From Azolla caroliniana (taxonomy: Eukaryota; Plantae; Polypodiophyta), in contig JBHGNT010000015.1 of NCBI GenBank assembly GCA_043228905.1, forward strand, positions 17,856,001 to 17,920,000: 64,000 nt of DNA. The letters run 5' to 3'. The stretch's first letter is position 1; the number at the start of each line of letters is the position of its first letter. The position numbers and the translations under genes were made by a program. Shown here in pieces: positions 10,853-25,020 of the stretch. The notes beneath the pieces were generated by a model. It saw only the letters and a list, made by a program, of their open reading frames with translations. It did no database searches and was not told the origin of the DNA.

Positions 10853-13725
10853 AGAGAATCTAGTTAATGTGGATTGAATAATGAAACGACAAATTATTTT
10901 TTTTCCAAAAAGCACTACTTCACATTAGTTAGCAAATATTATATAGCATAGTTTACTCGAATCCACAATGAAATCAATATATACAACTCGGAGGACCAAC
11001 TCCAAAACTATAAAAAAAAAACAACAAAAACTCACACGACCCTTAACTCCAACAAAACTGAAATAACCCTCATTTTACCCCAACTCTACTTCTCCGAACG
11101 AACTCTTTTATAACAAAGTTATCCGGGCAACGCAATTATGCTAACCCACTTGTGCTTTACCTATACATTAGTTAGTATAGTTACGTAACTTTTTCAAATA
11201 ATTAGATATCAAGGGTATTGATGACCTTTCCCAAAATGAAGCTACTTTCCCATTAGTTAGGTAAGATTATTACAAAGAGACTGTACAAGGAGGCTTAAGC
11301 ATAGATCGGGGAATCCCCCTCCGATCAAGTCCTAGAAATTGAGACTAGTTACATCGCCTTTCGGACGGACTACTTAGTGTAAGTACCTATAGCTAAAACA
11401 GTGCCCTGTAGTGATGGCTAGTATGAGACAACTCTTGGGGTCGACAACAGAGGGAGGGTGGTAAGTGAGCCGGAAACAACTAGCGTGGGGGCTAGTAGTT
11501 CCACCTCGGGCCACTTCCTCCTGGTGTCACCATAGGCGTGTTCCACCATTTCTGCCAAAAGCACAAACGAGGAATGGTTGCAAACCTCGGCCAATTGCCC
11601 TCGTAGGCAGCTAATAAGCGCAAATCATATGTCCATGCTCACTTCCTCCGAGGGTCGCACCAGATCCTGGAAGACCTTTAGGCAACGCACTTTCCATACG
11701 TACCACAGGGTGAAGCCTGCGATTAGCATCCAAATGTCCGGGAACCTAGGGGATGCGGACTTTAAGCCTCTCTCAAATCGAATCTTGGAGATTTTTCCTC
11801 GCATGCATACATAGCACCAACTATCCGCATTGAAGGCATCCGTCCACCTATCACCAGAATGATCAAGCCATGCCGCAACACTCCACGATGTTGTTCCTTC
11901 CACTTCACATGCCGCAAGGAGGCGAGTCACTCTATCCCATACCTTTTGAGCGTGAGGGCAAGCCCATATGCAATGCCTCAAAGTCTCAATAGGTGAATGG
12001 CAAAATGGGCAGCCTAACGGGCCGCCACGTTTACCTAGCCATTCGCCAACTGGGACCACATTATGCCCGATTTGCCACCAAAAAAACTTTATCTTTTCCG
12101 GCAAGTGGAGACGCCAGAGACCCTTCCAAAAGGTAATGAGCACCTTATTAGGGATGCCCAATGTACGCCAGCCATTGCATAAGGGGCCGTCTAGCTGCAA
12201 TTGAAAAGCCCGACCTAGTTTAGTGTTGTACTCAAAGAAATGGCGAAATCTGCCATCATGTTTCCACCTGAAATCCCCTGGGTCCCATTCTAGTTCGACG
12301 AGGGGACGACAACCATATACCCATAACTTCCAATGGGGTTCCACCTTAGCAACATCCAGGGCTGTCTTCCAGATGTTACCAACCTGCGCCACCACGCGGA
12401 TAGGGTGCCAAGAGCCCCTATTCTTACTCTCCCCAAAAATCCTATCTCTTTCCGATCCGCTCACGCCTTTCAGCGCCTTAACCCTTCCAGCTTCATCAAA
12501 GAGACCGAACCAAGCATCTTCTCTCACCTCCCCCATCAAAACCCTATCAACTGCCTCAGCTAGCAATCTCCACATTTTCATGGCTCCCTTGAGGGGAGGG
12601 AATGGGACCTCCTGGGCTCCTCCTAAAGCCACCATGCGTCTCCAATCATCTAAAGGGTGAAGCCTTGTTTGCGCCTGCTTTCCCCATGGTAGGCCCTTAA
12701 GCTGGCCTAACATCATGTCGTCACGTGTTCGCACCTAAGGGTTCCAAAATAATGGTTGTCTAGACCACTCGGTTAGTGTCTCTGGCGTGTGTTTGAACAA
12801 ATGATGTCGTACGTGACACCATGCCCACAAGATGGAGTTCGTGGCCCTCTCCTCCAGAAGACAAGCCATCTTGGGTGGGACGCCGCTCATGCAACACCAA
12901 TTCAAGGAGTCAGGCCAAGGCCTACCATACTTGGGAGTCCCTGCCTGCAACCTATTGCAAAGTAGAACCTTCCAACACCCCTTACCTGGCAAGAGGCAGA
13001 GAACCACCATTTTGGTTAGCAAAGCTCGACTCTGCATTAAGGGGTCTATGAGGCCAAGCCCACCTTTGGCCCGCGATTGTGTTAACCAATGCCATGACAC
13101 TCTAGTGGCAGCCATCAGGTTGTCCTTACCTGACCATATAAACCCCTTGATGGCAGCCTTAACCGCGTGCAAGCCTGAAGGGTCCATAATCCAACACGAG
13201 ACTGAGTGCCACATGGTGACGAGCATCACTTGGTTCGCAATAAGAACCCTACCAGCAAAGGATAGTTTAGACCTGCTCCATTGGTTCAACTTCTTGCTTA
13301 GTTTGGCTTGCACATGTGACAATTGCGCTCCCTTGGGGATTGCCCTCCCCATCGTAAATCTGAGGTACTTGAATGTCGTCCCGTCAGGGACCCATGCAAA
13401 ATCAGCATGGGGATGCCACCTTGGCTTCTCTTGTTCATTGAACCAGAGGCCTTGGGTTTTATCCCAATTGATCTTCGCACCGGCAGCCTGACAAAAAAAG
13501 GACCGTATCGTCGGCATATTTGCATCATCGCCCTACAAAAAAAGGACTGTATCATCGGCATATTTAGATAACAAAAGATCCTCAGTCGCATTGGGGATGG
13601 GCAATCCCCTTAGTCCGCTGCTTGGTGCTTGTAAGAAGGCTGAGAAAGCCTCGGTTACAAAGAGATAGAGATATGGGGCTAGGGGACAACCTTGCCTCAC
13701 TGAGCGATGTAGTTGGAAGGCGGGG

Positions 13726-14199
13726 TGTTATGTACACATAACGTTGGTGAGGGTAGGTCACTAATATTTACATTAGTGAAGGGTATGTTCACTATTATTA
13801 AAAAGGGGACTAATGATTGGATAGAATGAATGATATGTGCATGCACTATCATGATTTAGACAACCAATGAATAGAGAGCCTTTTAGAAAGGCACATCTAT
13901 TCAAGGGGCCTAGGAAAAGGTATAAATATGAGGCTTAGCTACCCTCATAGAGATCATCACGTCGGAAGGCTGCTGTCGTAGACACCGGTGGTGCGGGCTA
14001 GGCTTTCGTCTCGACGATCGTGTTTATCTCTTCCAAGGTATTAGTCATCCTAATATCCGGCGGTATGGGACGTCGGTGGTAGGTTGGCTATGTCTAGATC
14101 ATAGCTCGGGGGTGGTCGGGTGGAACGGGTTCTTCTATCCAATCTATTTTCTTCCTTTTTTCTTGATTTGGTCTATTGATTAGTAATAGACTCTTAACA
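13726..14199 (+). repeat. 5' LTR of the chromovirus
   Basis: TGTTA...TAACA; matches 20369-20842. Confidence 0.95.
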
Positions 14200-14444
14200 G
14201 TGGTATCAGAGCGATTACTAACAATTTTTTTGTTGTTTTGATGTTTTTTGCGTGTGAGCGAGGGGGATCTAACAAGGCTCGTCATGCTCTTCTCAGGATC
14301 AAAACAACACTCTAAACCCGGTATTCTTCTTTTTTGATCTCTTCTCTTTTTCTATTATGCGTTCTTTATGGTCGAATCAAATTGGTATTACGTTTTATTC
14401 TCTTTCTTTCTACCTCCTACTACGCTATGATTTTACTTATTATT

Positions 14445-14970
14445 ATGCATCGGGCCGAGCGTGTTTGCACTAATCGCACACGCTCAACTCATGGCCTTTT
14501 GCATATTGCGATATATATCCCACTCTCTCCTCTCTTGAACTCTTACGATAATAATTATTCTTGTGCATTGGGTCGAGCGTGTTTGCTCTAATCGCACACG
14601 CTTATCTCATGGCCGTTTTGCATATGATGTTGAGTATACCACTCTTCCCCTCTATTGAGCCATCACTTGGCCGATTCTAAGGGATGATGTGGCCTTGACG
14701 AGGTGTATGTTGCCTACCTATGCCACTCTACTCTCTATTAAGCCATCAATTGGCCGATTCTATGGGATGTTGTGGCCTTGACAAGGTATATGTAGCTTAC
14801 ATATGCCACTTTCCTTTTTAATTAGCCATCAATTGGCCGATTCTAAGGGATGATGTGGCCTTGACGAGGTATATGTCACTTACCTATGCCACTTTCCTCT
14901 TTAATTAGCCATTACTTGGCCGATTCTAGGGATATGTGGTGGTCTTGAGGAGGTGCATGTCAACTACCCT
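14445..14970 (+). repeat. Tandem repeats in the gypsy 5' leader (2 x ~117 bp, then 4 x 83 bp)
   Basis: GCCAT...TTGGCCGATTCTA at 14659, 14742, 14825, 14908; two GAGCGTGTTTGC...GCACACGCT hairpin units. Confidence 0.85.
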
Positions 14971-15957
14971 AGGGTTTCGTATCTTAGGGCATGTTTGATT
15001 CCATACACCTAATTGTTGATTATTCTAATTAAATTTTAATTTCATAAGTATTGTTTCACTTATATGATTTTCTAGTAATTATTATTTACCCGCCCACAAT
15101 TAACTCTCCTTTTTTCACTTCCTTTTCATGTATAAAGTATTTACATCGTTTATTTTAATGTAACCTTTACGTGTAGACTATTTTTTCGTATGGAGTGGCT
15201 TGTTGAACGATTTATTTTTTTTCAACGGGTCATCTAGGTTTAACTCTTATCATCAAGCCTTAGAAAACGAGTAAAACCATATGAGTTCCCTTATTGATGT
15301 TTTACTCATGGATTTGAGTATTACATCTTTGTGCACAACACCGTCATCACTTGTATCAATTTGTGGCTTATGTCACAATTGTGCAAGTTATAACAATCAT
15401 ATTGGGATGTATATGTGCATACCTTGCACTTCCCATTTATTTGTGACATTGCTTTTTTCATAGGTAACACATGGGTTCTTTTTTTTTTTACCCTTGTTTT
15501 CGTCACTACTTAACTCTTATGAGTAGTGCCTTATTTTATCATTTTATCATCACGTTTGCTTATTGCTCGCAAGACTAGAATATTACTTGTGAGTGCACTT
15601 GTTTTTTCACGTAATACACTTTCTCGACCATATAATACATGATGGGTTGGCATTAATATAAGGCTATCTAGGAAATTTCATTGATGTAAGAACCATGGTT
15701 GAGCCTCAGGGAGCCGCCATGATTACTCAAGATAGAGATCCGAGAAATACATCTTAGCTATGTTTTCCCCCATGGTTTTTAAAACACCATAGTGTTACCA
15801 TAGTTATCGGATCTCGAATCACATCTCATATGTCTAGAGGGGTAAAGACATGAGATACTTTCTTGGATAAAGTTCTTTCAATCAAAATTTCAAGCATTCA
15901 TTTTGCTTGTGTATTTTCTGAACCTCCTTATTTTATTGCATACCCACAGCGTGCATC

Positions 15958-18900
15958 ATGGAACAAGTTTTGAACGCAGTTGGAACGATCTCTCCAAATG
16001 AGACCTCTCAACCCCAATCCGCATCTCGCACACAAGCTGAGATCACTATTGAGCAATTGCTCACTACTACCTTGAATCAATTGGCCGAAATGAGACAGGC
16101 CAATATGGCATTGGAAAAGAAATTCCAAGAATTAACTATTGAGTCCAAGAAAGAAGGTGAACCTTCCTTCGTAGTCACGCCTTTCAAGGGAGATAAGAAA
16201 GAAAGAACCGAGGAGGCCATTAGCACTTGGCTTGGTCGTTGGGAGTCTCACTTTGAGCTTCATCCCAAGCCCGATGTAGTAAAAATTGGTTATGTCGGTC
16301 GTGAGTTAGGTGGCCGAGCTGCTGCTTGGTGGCGTGGCCTAAGGACCGCAAAAAACTTACCCACAACTTGGGAAGGTTTCGTTGATGTTTTTAAGAAACA
16401 ATTCTTGCAGCCACCTTCTCAAACCGAACAAGCGCAACACTTGCTCACATTGTCTAGTAAGCCATTTACCTCTCTCGAGGATTATGTGCATCACGCTCGG
16501 ACCCAGATCCAAAAATCGGGACTTACGGGTGAGAAATGGTTTGTCGCTTGTTTTTTGAATGGTATTCCCAATGGGGATTATCATTGGATTGTCCATGACA
16601 AGGACCCCACAACTTTCGAGGAAGCCGTCAACATTGTGTTGCGATACCATAGGACTTCCAAGAAAGACCACAATAAACCTGAGTTCGCCAAAACTCCGAA
16701 TGTCAAGTTCATTGGGAAACGTAAGCAATCCAGTGACACTCTTGACCGCGACTCAAAGAAACCGAACCTCTTCTGTGCATATTGCAAGAAGCGGGGCCAC
16801 ACAAAGGATACCTGTCGTCGTCTTGAGAGGAAGTCAATGAACACCCCTCCTCAAGACAAATCTACGAGTCACACAGGTGAGTCTTTTGATATTGTTGAAG
16901 TTCATACCAATCACTTAAGTTTATGTGAATGCACTTTTCCTTCACATTTACTTAGACCTAATGATTTACTCCGAGCAGTCGGATATATCAATGGAACACA
17001 AGCACATTTCTTGTTTGATTCCGGTAGTTCTCACAATTTTCTTAATGATCACTTTGTGCAGCAAATGGAGCTCCACATAAACGCAAGTGATCATATCTAT
17101 CAAGTTCACATGGCAAATGGAAACGTTCAATACATCAGTGGCATTGTTTGTCAACTGCCAATTCAAATAGATACTTATTTGGAGAAGCTTGACTTTCATG
17201 TTATGAAATTACAATCCGCAGATGTCATTTTAGGATATCCTTGGTTTTTTAATAAAAACCCTTCTTTGTCCATTGATTGGGTTAATCACTCAATCACATT
17301 TGAACTTAATAATTGTAAACATTTTATTCAATGTTCCAAACTTCCTTCTCATTCACTTGTGTCTTCTAAATCTTTAAGTGAGTATTCTAGTTCATTAATT
17401 TATTCGTGTGTAATTGATCCTGCGGTTCAATTTTATTATTTTAATATTGACGCCACACAATTACCACATTTTGAGCAACGATTACTCGACTCTATTTTAG
17501 AGGATTTTCAAGATGTGTTTCCTACTGAATTACCGCTTACTTTACCACCTAAACGTAATGTGGACCATCAAATTGAACTCATCCCTGGGGCTGCTCCTGT
17601 GAGCATTCCACCTTACCGACTTAGTCGATTAGAAGAGGATGAGATCGCTAAACAACTTAAGGAATACTTGAGTATGGGCCACATTAGGTATAGTAAATCA
17701 CCTTGGGGTGCGCCAGTTCTATTAGTCAAGAAGAAGGAAGGTTCGTGGCGAATGTGTATCAATTATCGCCGTTTGAATAAAATGACAATTAAGAATGCAT
17801 ATCCATTACCTCATGCCGATGATTTGATTGATCGTTTGCACAGGGCTCGATATTTTACGAAAATTGACTTACGAACTGGTTATCATCAGATTCGCATCGC
17901 CGAGGATGATATTCCTAAAACCGCTTTTCGTACGCGCTATGGCCATTATGAGTTTTTAGTCATGCCGTTTGGGTTGACTAATGCTCCAGCCACATTCCAA
18001 CAAGCGATGAATGATGTTTTCCGAGATCAACTCGGTGATTTTGTTGTCGTCTTCTTGGATGATATTTTGATATATAGCCGTACCTTGCAAGATCATGTTC
18101 AACATGTTCGATTTGTTTTGCGAAAGTTGTGTGACAACTCTTTCTATGCAAAACATTCAAAATGTGACTTCTTCCAAAAATCTATTGTGTACCTAGGTCA
18201 TTTAATTACAGAAAATGGCGTTGAAATTGAACCTTCTCGTATTGAAAAGGTTAAACTTTGGCCCATTCCTCGTAATATTCGTGAACTTAGATCATTCTTA
18301 GGGTTTGTTGGATTTTTACGAAAATCAATTCGTAACTATCCCAAATTGACTACGCCATTAACTGACCTTTTAAAAGGTCATCCACGTAAGTCTGTCAAAC
18401 CAATTTCATGGAATGAACAACTTGACAAATCATTTGAGACACTCAAGGAGCATGTGTGTCAGGCTCCCACTCTTCTATTACCAGACCCTTCTAAGCCTTT
18501 CTCAATTGAAACCGATGCTAGTGATTATGCTATTGGTGCCGTTCTTTATCAAGGTGGTCACCCTATTGCTTTTGAAAGTAAGAAGCTTGATGCTACTCAA
18601 TCTCGGTATTCGGTTCAAGAGAAAGAGTTGTTTGCGGTGATACACGCACTTAAAACATGGAGGCACTATCTCTATGGAAATAAATTTGTGGTTACAACAG
18701 ACCATCAATCATTAGAGTATTTTTGTGACCAGTCCGATCTTGTTGGTCGTAAAGGCCGTTGGGCTGACCTTATGCAAGATTTTGATTTTTCCATATGATA
18801 TCGCAAGGGTTCTATGAACACCATTGCTGATGCTCTTAGTCGCATTAAAGAAGTTAACATGCTTAGCTTCACGGAAATAAAATCTGATCTTTTAGATCAC

Positions 18901-20361
18901 CTTCGAGGGAAATACCTTGATGACAGTTATTTCTCAAAATACTGGACGAAAGCCGAATCTGGTTTAGATGCCGATACTAGCACTCTACCCTCGAAGGCGA
19001 CCTTTCACATTACAAACGGTTTGCTCTACCGTAGTGGAAAGGTCTGTGTTCCAGATTTACCAAATGTTAAACAGAAATTTTTTCATGAATGTAATGATGC
19101 ACCATCTGCTGGTCATCCTGGAATACAATGCACACTCGTTCTCATCTCGTGTACTTTTTTCTGGCCTAAGATGCGCTTTGACGTGCATAAATACGTAACT
19201 CAATGCTTACAACGTCAGATTAATAAGTCGGAACGACTTAAAGCTGCTGGTCTTTTACATCCCTTAGATATTCCCAACAATAAATAGGAAAGTATCTCGA
19301 TGGATTTTATTGTTAGTTTACCTCGTACACAGAGGGGTCATGATGCCATATGGGTTGTCGTTGACAGGCTAACAAAATTAGCTAGATTTATTCCTACAAA
19401 AACCACGGTAACCGCTCAACAGTTGGCTTATCAATTTGTTGATGAGTTATTTCGTTTTTATGGATTACCGATGGATATTGTTAGTGATCGAGATTCCAAG
19501 TTTACTAGTGACTTTTGGACTCAGGTCTTTAAGAAACTAGAAACTACGTTGAGCATGAGTTCCGCAGATCATCCTCAGTCTGATGGACAAACTGAACGAG
19601 TTAATCAAATTATTGAGGACATGCTTCGAGCTTATGTAGCAAAAACCCCTTCTAAGTGGGAGCAATACCTTCCTATCTTAGAATTTGCCTATAATAGCTC
19701 TAAACATACATCCACTGGATATAGTCCTTTTATGTTGATGTATGGTTTTCAACCACGTGCCCCAGTTGATGTCACGATTCATCGTGATACATTAGACAGT
19801 ACACGCAATTTTTTGCAAGACATGAACCAAATGTTGCATATTGCCAAAGAAAATGTCAAGACAGCTCAAGATCGTGCTCGATTTTATGCTGATCAGGATA
19901 GACGTCCTCGTGCATTTACTATTGGTCAAAAAGTTTTTTTGCGTGTCCCGACTGATTCTACGTCATTATCTACGGGCAAGTGCGCTAAGTTAGCCCCACG
20001 ATATTGTGGCCCATTTGAAATCCTTAAGCGAGTTGGGTCATCTGCTTATCACCATGCCTTACCTCGTAACATTGGTATTCATCCTGTTTTTCACGTCAGT
20101 CGTCTAAAACCATTTTTAGGCTCTGGTGATAACACCATCACAATCCAAGATCTTGTAACATTAGAGGATTTTTCTTACAAACCTCATGTTCCTGAACGAA
20201 TTCTTGATTCTCGTACTAAACGTTTACGTTCTAAAGAGATTCGGCTATTCAAGATCAAATGGATGGATAAACCTATTGATGATGCCACATGGGAACGCGA
20301 GCATTCGCTTAAGGCACAATTTCCTCACTTTATATTGCAAGAGTGCAATCTTTTGAAGTAG
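15958..20361 (+). pseudogene. Gag-Pol polyprotein with chromodomain and two in-frame stops
   Basis: Single frame; Zn knuckle CAYCKKRGHTKDTC, PR LFDSGS, RT FLDD, RH TDAS, IN, chromodomain KIKW...ATWE; stops at 18796 and 19285. Confidence 0.93.
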
Positions 20362-20368
20362 GGGAGTA

Positions 20369-20842
20369 TGTTATGTACACATAACGTTGGTGAGGGTAGG
20401 TCACTAATATTTACATTAGTGAAGGGTATGTTCACTATTATTAAAAAGGGGACTAATGATTGGATAGAATGAATGATATGTGCATGCACTATCATGATTT
20501 AGACAACCAATGAATAGAGAGCCTTTTAGAAAGGCACATCTATTCAAGGGGCCTAGGAAAAGGTATAAATATGAGGCTTAGCTACCCTCATAGAGATCAT
20601 CACGTCGGAAGGCTGCTGTCGTAGACACCGGTGGTGCGGGCTAGGCTTTCGTCTCGACGATCGTGTTTATCTCTTCCAAGGTATTAGTCATCCTAATATC
20701 CGGCGGTATGGGACGTCGGTGGTAGGTTGGCTATGTCTAGATCATAGCTCGGGGGTGGTCGGGTGGAACGGGTTCTTCTATCCAATCTATTTTCTTCCTT
20801 TTTTCTTGATTTGGTCTATTGATTAGTAATAGACTCTTAACA
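20369..20842 (+). repeat. 3' LTR of the chromovirus
   Basis: Follows the PPT; followed by TSD CGGGG. Confidence 0.95.
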
Positions 20843-22769
20843 CGGGGCCCCTTGCACCAAATACCAACACGCTACTAGTAGCAGTCCGATAGAGTGAAAA
20901 AGTGCAATTCCTCCATTGTGGGGGAAGGCCCATAGCTCTCATCACTCTTTCTAGAAAGGGCCATAACACCCTATCGTAGGCCTTCTCAAAGTCTAACATC
21001 AGAATAGCCGAGCTCGATGCGGTGCGGTCTGCCAATGCCATAACTTCCCAGAGAAGCAGCACATTATCAAAGATACACCTACCTCTGATAAACCCTGTTT
21101 GATTCTCATGTATGATGTCCGGTAGGAAGCTTGCTATTCACCTAGCTAGGACTTTTGCGAGTATCTTGTATATCGTGTTAAGAATCGTGATTGGGTGCCA
21201 TTGACGCAGCTCGAGGCTTCGCCCTGCCGCTTTAGGGATGAGATAGATCATCCCCTCCGCTAGTCCAGTTGGCATCGCTCCTGAGGACCAAATCTCTTGA
21301 ATCCCAGCTTCCACTATCGGGATAACGGTTTCCCAATGAATCTCAAAAAAATCTCGTGAGAGACCATCAGGGTCGGGGCATGCTCCTCTCCGCAAATCCC
21401 AAAGTGCCTCCGAGAGTTCTAATCAAGAAATGGGGCTATCGAGCACAACTTCCATCTCTTGGGTGACCTTGGGGTGAATGCAAGCCATCACTCTCTCAGC
21501 CAGCTCCGTGTTTTGCTCCATATGCATAGATGCAAGCAGGTCACGATAGTATTGGGTTGCCATATGCAGAATCTCATCCTTGTCCTCCGTTATTGAGTCG
21601 TCTGGTTTGTGCAGCCCTTGTATATGTCCACCACCACCATTGGGTGCCTTGGAGTGAAAGAAATGACGGTATTGATGACCTTTCAATTTTAATCGTGACT
21701 TCATAATCAAATAAAGTTATCCTTTATCCTATGCCACATGTCACTTTAGAATTTATGGACTCCCAACTAAATCCCACTTTTGAGAGTCATTTTGACAACT
21801 AATCTTGACTTTATACCAACATCAAGTGCACCAAAGTCAAAAATCTTACTTACTTTTTTCATGTATTGGATGAGTGTTGGTCACTCCTAATAATCAATAA
21901 TCATACTTTCTTTTCCTATATTCATTATACTTACGTGTGCACTTCCCTTATATTTGCCCTTTTGTATATATGGAGAATTCCTTTTCAAAAGTAGACCATT
22001 TGAAAAGTAGACAAACAAGTGATAATGTACCCACCATTGGTTAGAGTTACAATTATCAATGCTTTTGGAGGGCAAACTCATTTGACGTTTAGGTATACAA
22101 ATGCATGTATTTTATGTTTAGAATATGTTTTAGAATACTTTAAAGTATTTTAGAACAACCATTTTATACTATTCACATATTCTTGTGTTGATATATTATA
22201 TTGTTAGTTTTAGAGGAATTGGTCTGCACTTACTCCCTATTGCTAGCAAAAGTAACTAAACAGTTTTTTTCTATTTAAAGTTTCCAAAAATTTTAAAATT
22301 TTAAGGAGCATTTAACGTATTTTACACATATTCTATATATTTCGCGTATTCTACCTTCAACATGTTCTATGTATTTAATGTATTCTACCTTCAACATTTC
22401 TCTCACATCTATTTCATTAGGTTCACAAGATAAATTTTGAGGTATTTTTCTTCTATTGATTGTATTTATTGAATCATTTCATCTTATACATGTGCATGCC
22501 ATATGTTTTGATTAAATTAATTGATTATAAATACATAAACATATAAACATATATCTTCATACATAGGAAAATGGTTGGTTAAAGTTTTTGAAATTCAATT
22601 AGGTAATGAGAAATAGAAAAAATTTCAATAGGGATTAAAAACTTTGCCCAACACTACTCACAAGTATGTGCTTAAATGGAATACACATGCTCAAGTTACG
22701 TGTACATAAGTTATTGATGCCCAAGGCTAAGAGGGAGTGTCAAACAGTTGAAGCATACCATAAGGATGA

Positions 22770-24090
22770 TGATGAGCTCTTTCCAAACAAGTACATGTGT
22801 CACATGTTTTAATGAATTCCTGGACCAACTTCCATTGTTGTGGCCACCAATAACTTTGCGAGATTAGATCAAGGTCTTTGCTACACCGAAATGATCAAGA
22901 GTGCTTCATCATGACATTCTTTTAAGATGTAGATTCAACGTGCAACTCGTCTAGGGAATAGACTATGTTGTTTCAAAAGATCAACTCATTGTAGAACATA
23001 AATTGATTGAGATCATTATGTGTGGCCCCTTCTTAAGGGTTGTTGCAACTTTTCATAACACCTTGTGTGAACTAATCCTTATCGTGGGTATCTCGATGAT
23101 TGGTGGTTCATCCATAAGAGTGTAGGTTGCATACATATGATTTGTTCAAGTTTTAAAAAGCAGTGTGATTGTTTGATGTAAGCTACGTCCCTAGCTTGAA
23201 GCTCAAACTCTAACCACAAAGGGAGAGGATCTACTTTACCATGTTGGGAACCTAGTTGAAATATAATTCCGAAGTTGTAGTTGGCAAGAAACTTTGACCA
23301 ATGAGCTAGCCTTCAATTCAAAGTGAGGATGGTGGTGAAATAGAAGAGGTTTTTGTGATCCATCACTACTTGGACTCGGTATTGAGCTCCCACCAAGAAG
23401 GTTCTCCACTCCTCAAAGGCAAAGATAATGGTGAAGAGCTCCTTATCATATATTGGGTAGTTGACTTCAAGTAGGCTGAATTTTTGTGAACTTATAATGC
23501 CACAAGGTGTAGCATTCCATTGTCATTTGGTTGGGACAGGATCGCGGCACTAGCAAAATCAGAGGTGAATAGTTTTGTTGGGTTCATATGAAGAAGCATT
23601 GGAGCCTACATGAAGGGTGTTTTTAGGGTCTCAAATGCAATTTGAGTCGTAGGTGCTAGTTAACAACACCTAGGAGGGATTATACCTCTTTAAGACAAGT
23701 TGGAGTTGCCCAATCTTGGATTTTTGGGACTTTCTTTTTATCCATAGTGATACCAATTTGGCGAAATGACATATTTGAGAAACTCTACCAAAGTATTGTC
23801 CAAAGTGCCCATATTCTCAGAGTTTGAAAAGAACTAGACAAACATGTTGGGTGTGTTCCACTCCAGTTTTGTGAGAAGATCAAGATGTCATTGACATAGA
23901 TGACTATAAAATGATCTAAATACTCTCTAAAGATTTCGTTCATCATATGTAACTAGAAGGCATGCGAGAAGTGGGTTTGTGATGGAGCCCAAATGGCATT
24001 ATCATGTATTCAAAGTGCCCATCCCATAGTGTGTTAGAAAATGCAGTTTTCCATTCATCAACAAGCCAATTCAGGCGCAGTGATAACCTA
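22770..24090 (-). mobile_element. Highly degenerate Ty3/gypsy pol remnant
   Basis: DEWKTAF...GHFEYMIMPFGL (RT) and DHKNL-like RNase H traces. Confidence 0.65.
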
Positions 24091-24099
24091 TCGATGGGT

Positions 24100-24474
24100 T
24101 CAAATGGAGGACAAGCATTACAAGAAAAAGGAATACTCAAGAAGAAAGTGTATATTCACAAGTAGAATAGCAAATACAAAATGTAGCATTACAAGGAGTC
24201 ACAACCAACTTAGTATGAAGTATGAGGAGGGTGCTTTATATATAGTCACCCTCTCTCTTCATTAACTAACTACAACAACCACTCTCTCTTGGGGAATGTG
24301 AAGACTCATAGTCATGAGGAATATGTAACTCATTAGTTATGTGTCATAGAATATGATTCTATGACACATAGTTAATGTGTAGAGAGTAGTGGTGTGACTC
24401 TTGACCTTTGAGTAATCATAGATTCTCAAAAGGTGTGTTCACATGTTGCACTATGTTGAGCTTGATTCTTAACA
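24100..24474 (-). repeat. LTR fragment abutting copia B RT
   Basis: Ends CTTAACA where copia sequence starts; TATA-like TTTATATATAG; left end uncertain. Confidence 0.4.
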
Positions 24475-24814
24475 GTACTCCACACGTAGTGGTGTTGACT
24501 TATCAGTATGCCTTCTGGGGTGCAGATCACTTTGATCCTGAGGAAGTAATGAAGGTCCCCAAGATCCTTCATGTCAAACGATGCCGCAAGGTTGGACTTG
24601 ACGCGATCAATTTCGTCCAGGTCGGCGCCAACGATGACTAAATCATAAAGTAAAATGCTTACCAATCTGTGGCGACCTTGCTGAATGAACAGTGAAGAGT
24701 CTAACTTCAACATGGCAAACCCCATCCGACACAGTCGCTGCGTGATTTTCGCGTTCCAGGCACGCGGGGCTTGCTTGAGTCCGTAAAGGGACTTCTTTAG
24801 TCAACAAACGACCG

Positions 24815-25020
24815 ATGTGTTTAACAATCGGCAACGGTTCGATTTGAACCAAACCGATACGTGAAACCGTGGTTTCATGGTTTAATGGTTTCAACGGTTC
24901 GGCTCGGTTTGGTTCGGTTTCAATAGTCAAAAACCGCGGTTAAACCATTTTTTATTTTTTATTTTTTATTTATTTTTTAAAAAACTCTAAAACAAATCTA
25001 AAAAATTTTAAAAAATCTAA
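24815..25020. mobile_element. DNA-transposon (hAT/MITE-like) end fragment replacing part of copia B RT
   Basis: Clustered AACCG/CGGTT motifs followed by an AT-rich tract; about 200 bp of copia RT is missing here. Confidence 0.45.

Larger units (their letters stand above)
13726..20842 (+). mobile_element. Full-length Ty3/gypsy chromovirus-type LTR retrotransposon
   Basis: 474-bp LTRs at 13726-14199 and 20369-20842, TSD CGGGG, PBS TGGTATCAGAGC 14201-14212, PPT before 20369, domain order gag-PR-RT-RH-IN-chromodomain. Confidence 0.97.
11265..21663 (-). mobile_element. 5'-truncated L1-clade LINE (ORF2 RT plus zf-RVT), split by the gypsy insertion
   Basis: Motifs IYKILAKVLA, LDFEKAYDRV, RQGCPLAPYL, YADD and C-terminal CPFC...HCIWAC; stops and frameshifts; the frame rejoins across the CGGGG TSD; 3' end approximate. 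Confidence 0.88.

Noticed and set aside
14655-14970. Hammerhead ribozymes in the gypsy leader repeats
   Set aside because: GATGATG and TGACGAG motifs lack a correctly placed CTGANGA...GAAA core
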